Assembly (NCBI GenBank): GCA_036502575.1
Contig: DASXYL010000040.1
Coordinates: 47,283 to 111,282, forward strand
Source: Jatrophihabitantaceae bacterium
Lineage (GTDB): Bacteria > Actinomycetota > Actinomycetes > Mycobacteriales > Jatrophihabitantaceae
Direction of reading: 5' to 3'
DNA: 64,000 bases
Part shown: in pieces, positions 58,456-64,000 of the stretch
Layout: each line of letters begins with the position of its first letter
Numbering within the stretch: position 1 is the first letter of the stretch
The notes under the pieces: model-generated
What the model saw: only the letters and a program-made list of their open reading frames with translations
What the model was told of the DNA's origin: nothing
The model's database searches: none
Made by a program: the position numbers and the translations under genes

Positions 58456-59208
58456 ATGACTGCCGCCGACATTGTGCTGCTCTGCGGCGCGGGGCTCGTT
58501 GGCGGCATGGTCAATTCCATCGCCGGGGGCGGTTCGTTGTTGCTCTTCCCGGCGCTGGTCGCGACCGGTCTCGGCCCGGTGGCCGCGAACGTCACCAACT
58601 CGGTGGCACTGTGGCCAGGCTACGTCGGCACGTTGTTCGGGCTCGGGTCGTTGGTGAACACGCAGGCCCGCCGCGCACGCGAACTCGCGTTGACCGCGTG
58701 CGTCGGGGCGGCGATCGGGTGCGCAGTGTTGCTCTCGACCCCGACCCGCGCGTTCAACGTCGTGGTTCCGTTCCTCGTCATCGGCGCCAGCCTGCTCGTC
58801 GCGGCCCAACCGGCGATCGCGCGACGCATCGGCACAGAGCACGAGTCGCACCCACGGGCCCTGATCGTGGCGGTCGGGATCGGAGCGGTCTACGGCGGCT
58901 ACTTCGGCGGCGGACTCGGCGTAATCCTGCTCGCCGTCATCGGGCTGACCCTCGCCGTGCCGCTACGAGAGACGAATGCGCTGAAGAGCATCGTGTCGCT
59001 GATCGTGGCGACCGTTTCGCTCATCGCGTTCGCGATCTTCGGACCGGTGCATTGGACGGAAGTCGCGATCACCGCACCGACGGCGCTGATCGGCGGAGTG
59101 CTGGGCGGACGGCTGGCCGCATCGGTGAACGAACGCGCATTGCGTATCGCGATTGTAGTGTTCGGTCTCGGCGTAGGCACCTGGCTCGCGGTGCGGGCGT
59201 TTCGCTGA
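58456..59208 (+). CDS. TauE/SafE-family sulfite/anion exporter
   Basis: Internal ATG. 250 aa multi-TM protein with GLVGGMVNSIAGGGSLLLFPAL and a second GGYFGGGLGVI repeat. Confidence 0.8.
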   Translation: MTAADIVLLCGAGLVGGMVNSIAGGGSLLLFPALVATGLGPVAANVTNSVALWPGYVGTLFGLGSLVNTQARRARELALTACVGAAIGCAVLLSTPTRAFNVVVPFLVIGASLLVAAQPAIARRIGTEHESHPRALIVAVGIGAVYGGYFGGGLGVILLAVIGLTLAVPLRETNALKSIVSLIVATVSLIAFAIFGPVHWTEVAITAPTALIGGVLGGRLAASVNERALRIAIVVFGLGVGTWLAVRAFR

Positions 59209-59272
59209 ACGCCTGATCAACGGCGTCGGCGGTGCCGCCCGGAAGCAGCACCGCCGACTGGCCGCGAAGGCG

Positions 59273-59452
59273 TTATGACTGGTCGTCGCCCTTGTCGATC
59301 AGGTCCTTCGCCTTGTCCTGCGCGGTATCGACCTTGTCGGTGTACTTGCCACCGGTCTTGTCGTCGACGAAGTCGCCACCCTTGTCGACCGCGTCGTTCG
59401 CCTTGTCCTTGTTCTGCGACAACAAGGACTTCGCCTTGTCCAGCAGGCCCAT
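59273..59452 (-). CDS. Small MT0933/Rv0909-like 'antitoxin' family protein (CsbD-like repeats)
   Basis: MGLLDKAKSLLSQNKDKANDAVDKGGDFVDDKTGGKYTDKVD... after GAGGAGG, 59 aa. Confidence 0.6.
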   Translation of the reverse strand: MGLLDKAKSLLSQNKDKANDAVDKGGDFVDDKTGGKYTDKVDTAQDKAKDLIDKGDDQS

Positions 59453-59578
59453 CTTCAACCGCCTCCTCATCGCAACATCGCCCACAGTCGGGGCGCGACG
59501 GCACACTACGCGCCACCTGCCAGCATGAACCCGTCGCCGCGCCGAGAAAAGCCATACCGGCGAGTATTGATCAAGTGG

Positions 59579-60061
59579 TCAGTGCGGAGGCGGGGGGATG
59601 GAGTCGATGCCCGGCGCCTGTTCCGGCCAGACGAGCAGTACCGGGCAGGGGGCGTGATCGACCACGAAGCGGGTCGGCGGTCCGAGGCTGCGCGGGCCCA
59701 GGCGAGTGCGATCACCGTCGCGCGCGAGAACCAACAGCTCGGCGCCGTCCGCAGCCTGCACAACCTCACGCTCGATTCGCCCGTGCCGTTCCTGGCGCGC
59801 CGCGGCCCGACCGAGTGCAGCCGCGGCAGCCTCGAGGAGCTCGGACGCCGCGCCAGCGGCCATCGCCTCGACACGCGCACCCGGATCGCGTTCAGGATGC
59901 CCACGTCCCAGCAGGCCGCGGTACGCGCCGTGTGCCGCAGCCGGGACATCGTCGCCGGTGACGTGCAGCAACGTGATCTCCGAGCTCGGCGGTACGTAGG
60001 ATCGCGCGGCGTCGACGCACGAGCGCCACGTCCCCTCGGCTATCCAAATGACCACGGTCAT
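59579..60061 (-). CDS. Universal stress protein family
   Basis: 160 aa from the internal ATG. The C-terminal LLVLARDG...GPPTRFVVDHAPCPVLLV is typical of Usp. Confidence 0.7.
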   Translation of the reverse strand: MTVVIWIAEGTWRSCVDAARSYVPPSSEITLLHVTGDDVPAAAHGAYRGLLGRGHPERDPGARVEAMAAGAASELLEAAAAALGRAAARQERHGRIEREVVQAADGAELLVLARDGDRTRLGPRSLGPPTRFVVDHAPCPVLLVWPEQAPGIDSIPPPPH

Positions 60062-60066
60062 CGCCG

Positions 60067-61320
60067 TCAGCCTCCGATCGTCCGAAGCATGAGCCACAGT
60101 GCCAGCACCGCACCGACCAGGGCGAGCGGCACGGTCATCAACCCCAACCGGGTGAACTCGCCCGGTGCCGGCTCCGCGTCGTGTTCACGCGCGACCCGTC
60201 GCCACAACAGTGTTGCCAGCGAGCCGACGTAGGTGAGGTTCGGGCCGACGTTCACGCCGATCAGGGTCGCCAGTACCGGACCCGGACCGCCCAGCGCCGC
60301 GACCGGCAGCAACGCCAGCACGGCGGGCAGGTTGTTCACGACGTTGGCGAGTACCGCCGCACAGGCCGCCACCCCGAGCAGTGCGGGTAGCGACGCACCT
60401 TGCGGGAGCACGCGATCGACCGCCGTGCCGAGTCCGTTGTCGACGACCGCCCGGACGACGACGCCGAGCGCGAGCACGAACATCAGGAACAGCGGACTCG
60501 CGGCCCGGACCAGGCCGGGCGGCGTCGCGCACCGCTGGGCCAGCGCCCGGCCGCCGAGCAGCACGACGCCGCCGAGGGCGGCCCACGCCGGGTTGACGCC
60601 GGCGAACGACGTCACCACGAACCCGGCCAGCGTCAACGACAACACCACCAGCGCGAATACCGGCAGAGGCGCCGCAAACACTTGCGCCGGTGCCGCCGGC
60701 ATTGCCAGGTCGACCGCGAACACCCGGCGCAGCACCAGAAACTCGACGCCGATCACGACCAGCCACGGCAGGAACATCAGCGCGCCGAACCGGACGAAGG
60801 ACAGCCCACTCGTCGTGAACGCGAGCAGGTTCGTCAGGTTCGAGACCGGCAACAGCAACGACGCCGAGTTGGCGAGATGGGTACACGCGTACACGTGCGC
60901 CTTCGGCCGCACCCGCAGCAAGGCCGCGGTCGCGAACACGACGGGGGTCAGGAGGACCACCGTCGCGTCGAGGCTGAGCACCGCGGTGACCACCGATGCC
61001 ACGACGAACACTCCGACGAGCAGGCGCGACGGTCGCCCCCGGGACAGGCGGGCCATCGCCGTACCGCACGCGGCGAACACACCTTCGTCGTCGCACAACT
61101 GCGCGAGCACGAGGACGGCGGCGAGAAACCCGACCACCGGCAACAGGCGGTCGAACTCGGCGCGCGCGTGCTTGGCCGATACGGCTCCGACGGCGAGGAC
61201 GATGCCGGCGGCCGGGACGGCGACCACCGCCTCGGGCCATCCCTTCGGGCGCGCCACCGCGAACGCCAGCACCGCCACGAGCAGCCCGGCCGAGAGCACC
61301 TCGGCCGAGGCTCCGGTCAT
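60067..61320 (-). CDS. ArsB/NhaD-superfamily (SLC13/CitMHS-like) permease
   Basis: 417 aa with about 11 TM helices. The LPVSNLTNLL and NNLPA motifs are typical of the superfamily. Confidence 0.7.
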   Translation of the reverse strand: MTGASAEVLSAGLLVAVLAFAVARPKGWPEAVVAVPAAGIVLAVGAVSAKHARAEFDRLLPVVGFLAAVLVLAQLCDDEGVFAACGTAMARLSRGRPSRLLVGVFVVASVVTAVLSLDATVVLLTPVVFATAALLRVRPKAHVYACTHLANSASLLLPVSNLTNLLAFTTSGLSFVRFGALMFLPWLVVIGVEFLVLRRVFAVDLAMPAAPAQVFAAPLPVFALVVLSLTLAGFVVTSFAGVNPAWAALGGVVLLGGRALAQRCATPPGLVRAASPLFLMFVLALGVVVRAVVDNGLGTAVDRVLPQGASLPALLGVAACAAVLANVVNNLPAVLALLPVAALGGPGPVLATLIGVNVGPNLTYVGSLATLLWRRVAREHDAEPAPGEFTRLGLMTVPLALVGAVLALWLMLRTIGG

Positions 61321-62405
61321 CCGTTCAGGTGGCTGGTGTCGTTGACCAGCCGGACAGATGGCGTGCCGTCCGGGTAGTAATTGACGATCGACACGGACGC
61401 CGGATCCAGGAAAATGCGCGACATCGCGCTGATGGGCGCATCGAGCGCGAGTCGCAGCAAGGTCTTGATCGGTGTCACGTGCGAGACGACGACGACTGTC
61501 GCCCCGGGGTGCTTCGCAATCAGCTCGTCGCGGGCCCGCCGCACCCGCCGCGCCACGGCCCCGAACGACTCACCGTTCGGCGGCGCGGCGTCGGCGGACG
61601 AAACCCAGGCATTCAGCTCCTGCGGCCAGCGTTGCTGTACTTCGTCGAGCGTCAAGCCCTCCCAGGCGCCGAAGTCGCTCTCGACGAAGCCTTCGTTGAC
61701 CGAGACCCCGGCCGCCAGTGCTTCGGCAATGAGCTCGGCGCTCTGGGTTGCCCGCCGCAGCGGCGAGCTGATGACCGCCGCGACGTCGCCGAACGTCGAC
61801 GCCCGCCGGGCCAGCGCGGCGGCTTGTCGCTCGCCTATGTCGGACAGCGGCAGGTCGTTGCGGCCGGAGAAGCGCCGCAGCACCGAGTGTTCGGTGGCCC
61901 CGTGGCGCAAGAGAACGAACCGCGTCGGCGTCCCGGTGGGCGGCGTCCAACTCGGAACCGCCGGTGCATCGATCACCGGGCGCGACGCCAGCGGTGGCTT
62001 GCCGGCTGCGAGGTCCATCGCTTCGTTGGCCAGCCGGTCGGCGTGTTTGTTGCGTTCGCGCGGGATCCACTCGAACGTGATCGCGTCGAACCGGTCGCGC
62101 AGCGCCACGGCCTCGCGGGCCAGCGGCCGCAGGCCTTCGTGCTTCACCTGCCAGCGCCCGGACATCTGCTCGACGACGAGCTTCGAGTCCATGCGCACCG
62201 CGACCGACGTGGCGCCGAGCTCAGCCGCCGCCTGAAGGCCCGCGATCAACCCGCGGTACTCGGCGACGTTGTTCGTCGTGCGCCCGAGCGATTCGCGCCG
62301 CTCGGCCAGGACCTCACCGGTGGCGGCGTCGAACACCACCGCGCCGTAGCCCGCCGGCCCAGGATTGCCGCGCGAACCGCCGTCCGCCTCGACAATGACG
62401 TTCAC
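61317..62405 (-). CDS. Bifunctional RNase H / histidine-phosphatase (CobC-like) protein
   Basis: GTG at 62405 (GTGA overlap). DGGSRGNPGPAGYG..NNVAEY RNase HI domain, then FVLLRHGATEHS phosphoglycerate-mutase-like domain. The architecture is like Rv2228c as I recall. Confidence 0.85.
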   Translation of the reverse strand: MNVIVEADGGSRGNPGPAGYGAVVFDAATGEVLAERRESLGRTTNNVAEYRGLIAGLQAAAELGATSVAVRMDSKLVVEQMSGRWQVKHEGLRPLAREAVALRDRFDAITFEWIPRERNKHADRLANEAMDLAAGKPPLASRPVIDAPAVPSWTPPTGTPTRFVLLRHGATEHSVLRRFSGRNDLPLSDIGERQAAALARRASTFGDVAAVISSPLRRATQSAELIAEALAAGVSVNEGFVESDFGAWEGLTLDEVQQRWPQELNAWVSSADAAPPNGESFGAVARRVRRARDELIAKHPGATVVVVSHVTPIKTLLRLALDAPISAMSRIFLDPASVSIVNYYPDGTPSVRLVNDTSHLNG

Positions 62406-63142
62406 AGGCCGGACTCGCCGGTACGGACCAGGATGCGCCGGCAGTTCTCGCACCGCACGACCGCATCGGGCGCGGCCACGCGGACGGCGTTGAGCTCGCT
62501 GCCGGCCAGTTCGAGGTGGCACCCCTCGCAGCGTCGGTGTCGCAGCATGGCCGCGCCCACACCGCCGCTCGTCGCCCGGATCTTGTCGTAGAGCGTGACC
62601 AGGTCGGCCGGCAGCTCGCCCGCGATCTCGGACCGCTCGGCGCCGCGTCGGGTCGCAGCCGCGTCGATATCGGCGAAGGCCGCATCGCGCGTGCCGTCGA
62701 GGTCGGCGCGCTCGGTCGCGAGCACCTGCTGCCGCCGCGCGAGCGACGCCAATGCGGTATCGAGGTTCTCGCGCCGTTCCATCACGTCGAGCAAGTCGTC
62801 CTCGAGCGAGGACTGGCGCCGGGCGAGCGTCGTGATCTCGTGCTGCAGGCCCTCGAGCTCCTTCGCGGGTATTCCCCCGGCCGTGAGGCGCTGGTCGTCG
62901 CGCTTGGCCCTGGTCAGCACGGTCTCGACCTCTTTCTCGAGGCGTCGCTGGTCGTCGGCGATGTCGTCGAGCTGAGTCTGCAGCTCGAGTGTTTCGTCGC
63001 GCAGCTGCGTGACCTGTAGTTCGGACGCGGCGATGGCGGCGAGCTCGGGCAGGTTCCTCCGGCGGTGAGTCAGCTGGGCGAGCTCGGTATCGGCTGCCTG
63101 CAGATCGAGCAGGCGAAGCTGAGCGGTTGGATCGGCTTTCAC
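62402..63142 (-). CDS. Coiled-coil protein with C-terminal C4 zinc ribbon (DUF164-like)
   Basis: GTG at 63142 (GTGA overlap with nif3). Long heptad-like region, then CEGCH...CENCRRIL. Confidence 0.7.
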   Translation of the reverse strand: MKADPTAQLRLLDLQAADTELAQLTHRRRNLPELAAIAASELQVTQLRDETLELQTQLDDIADDQRRLEKEVETVLTRAKRDDQRLTAGGIPAKELEGLQHEITTLARRQSSLEDDLLDVMERRENLDTALASLARRQQVLATERADLDGTRDAAFADIDAAATRRGAERSEIAGELPADLVTLYDKIRATSGGVGAAMLRHRRCEGCHLELAGSELNAVRVAAPDAVVRCENCRRILVRTGESGL

Positions 63143-64000
63143 GTTGGCGAACTCGTTTCCGGCGATGGGACGTGCAGGGTCCACGGATCGGTGACCGTCG
63201 GGGACACGGTCACGTCCACGGTAGTGCCGAAGCGTTCGCGCAGGCGGGCGGCCACAGCGTCGAGCCAGGGCGCCTCGGTGGCCCAGTGCGCGGCGTCGAC
63301 GAGTGCCATCGCATCGCCGCCGCGTTCGGTCACGGCCTCCAGGGCCGTGTGGTGCTTCAGGTCCGCGGTGAGGTACGCGTCGGCGCCCGCGCGCCGGGCC
63401 GCGTCGATGAAGGACCCGCCCGAACCACCACAGACGGCCACGGTTCGCACCGGCCGTTGCGGGTCGCCGGCGGCACGCACGCCCCAGACGGTGCGCGGCA
63501 ACACTTCTACAGCGTGGCTGACGAACTCGCGTAACGTCATCGGCGCGGCGAGTTCGCCCACGCGTCCGGTCCCCCGCGGGCCCACGATCGGCACCTGTGG
63601 GTAGACGTCGAACGCCGGCTCCTCATAGGAATGGGCCTGCCGCAGCGCGGTGATCACGGCCGGCAGGGCCGGTCGCGGCACCACCATCTCGATGCGAGTC
63701 TCGGCCACTGCCTCGATCGCGCCCGGCCGCCCGATCGTCGGGTTGGCCGCGGCGCCGGGCCGGAACGTGCCCACGCCGACGGTCGTCCAGGCGCAGCGCT
63801 CGTAGTCGCCGATGTGTCCCGCCCCGGCAGCGGCCAGCGCGTCGATCAACCGCCCGCTGTCGTCGGTCGGGACGAACACGACCAGCTTGTCCGGGGCATC
63901 GTCTGCGGCCGGATCGAGTGGGGTCAGCCCAGCGAGGCCGATGCGCTCGGCGAGGGCGTCCGACACTCCGGGATCGGCGCTGTCGGCGTTGGTGTGCGCG
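63139..64000 (-). CDS. Nif3-like dinuclear metal centre protein (C-terminal part; continues beyond window)
   Basis: Translation at the window edge reads AHTNADSADPGVSDAL. Later AHWATE is typical of NIF3. Confidence 0.8.
   Translation of the reverse strand, partial: AHTNADSADPGVSDALAERIGLAGLTPLDPAADDAPDKLVVFVPTDDSGRLIDALAAAGAGHIGDYERCAWTTVGVGTFRPGAAANPTIGRPGAIEAVAETRIEMVVPRPALPAVITALRQAHSYEEPAFDVYPQVPIVGPRGTGRVGELAAPMTLREFVSHAVEVLPRTVWGVRAAGDPQRPVRTVAVCGGSGGSFIDAARRAGADAYLTADLKHHTALEAVTERGGDAMALVDAAHWATEAPWLDAVAARLRERFGTTVDVTVSPTVTDPWTLHVPSPETSSPT

Overview
High-GC (about 70% by eye) actinobacterial chromosome segment. It is densely coding, and I found no rRNA, tRNA, CRISPR array, transposase or integrase. 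The backbone is the conserved housekeeping block erpA-like, nadA, cobT-cobS, gcvT, pepA, lpd-sucB, lipB, lipA, glnA, glnE, glnA2, nadE, panB, rnpB, RNaseH/phosphatase, nif3. As I recall, this order matches M. tuberculosis Rv2204c-Rv2230c. Several insertions interrupt it. The largest is a ~10 kb island (19.7-29.9 kb) with two tandem AfsR-like SARP/NB-ARC/TPR regulators, a Ser/Thr kinase, an S51 peptidase, a tautomerase and a frameshifted LysR. SAF and GGDEF genes sit between lipB and lipA. XdhC and PAP2 genes sit between glnA and glnE. A spermidine-synthase-like membrane protein and a GATase sit inside the glnA2-glnE operon. Two things stand out. (1) The B12-riboswitch-controlled btuFCD-like/cobT/cobS operon contains four cobalamin genes (cbiB, cbiZ, cobC-type, cobU) collapsed by in-frame internal deletions. 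Each keeps its N- and C-termini and the start/stop overlaps to its neighbours. (2) A modular family of intergenic repeats (four modules, at least 8 loci) lies mostly between convergent genes. RNA and regulatory calls are a cobalamin riboswitch, RNase P RNA, and a GlnR-type box upstream of glnA. All protein family calls rest on motif recognition by eye. No searches were run.
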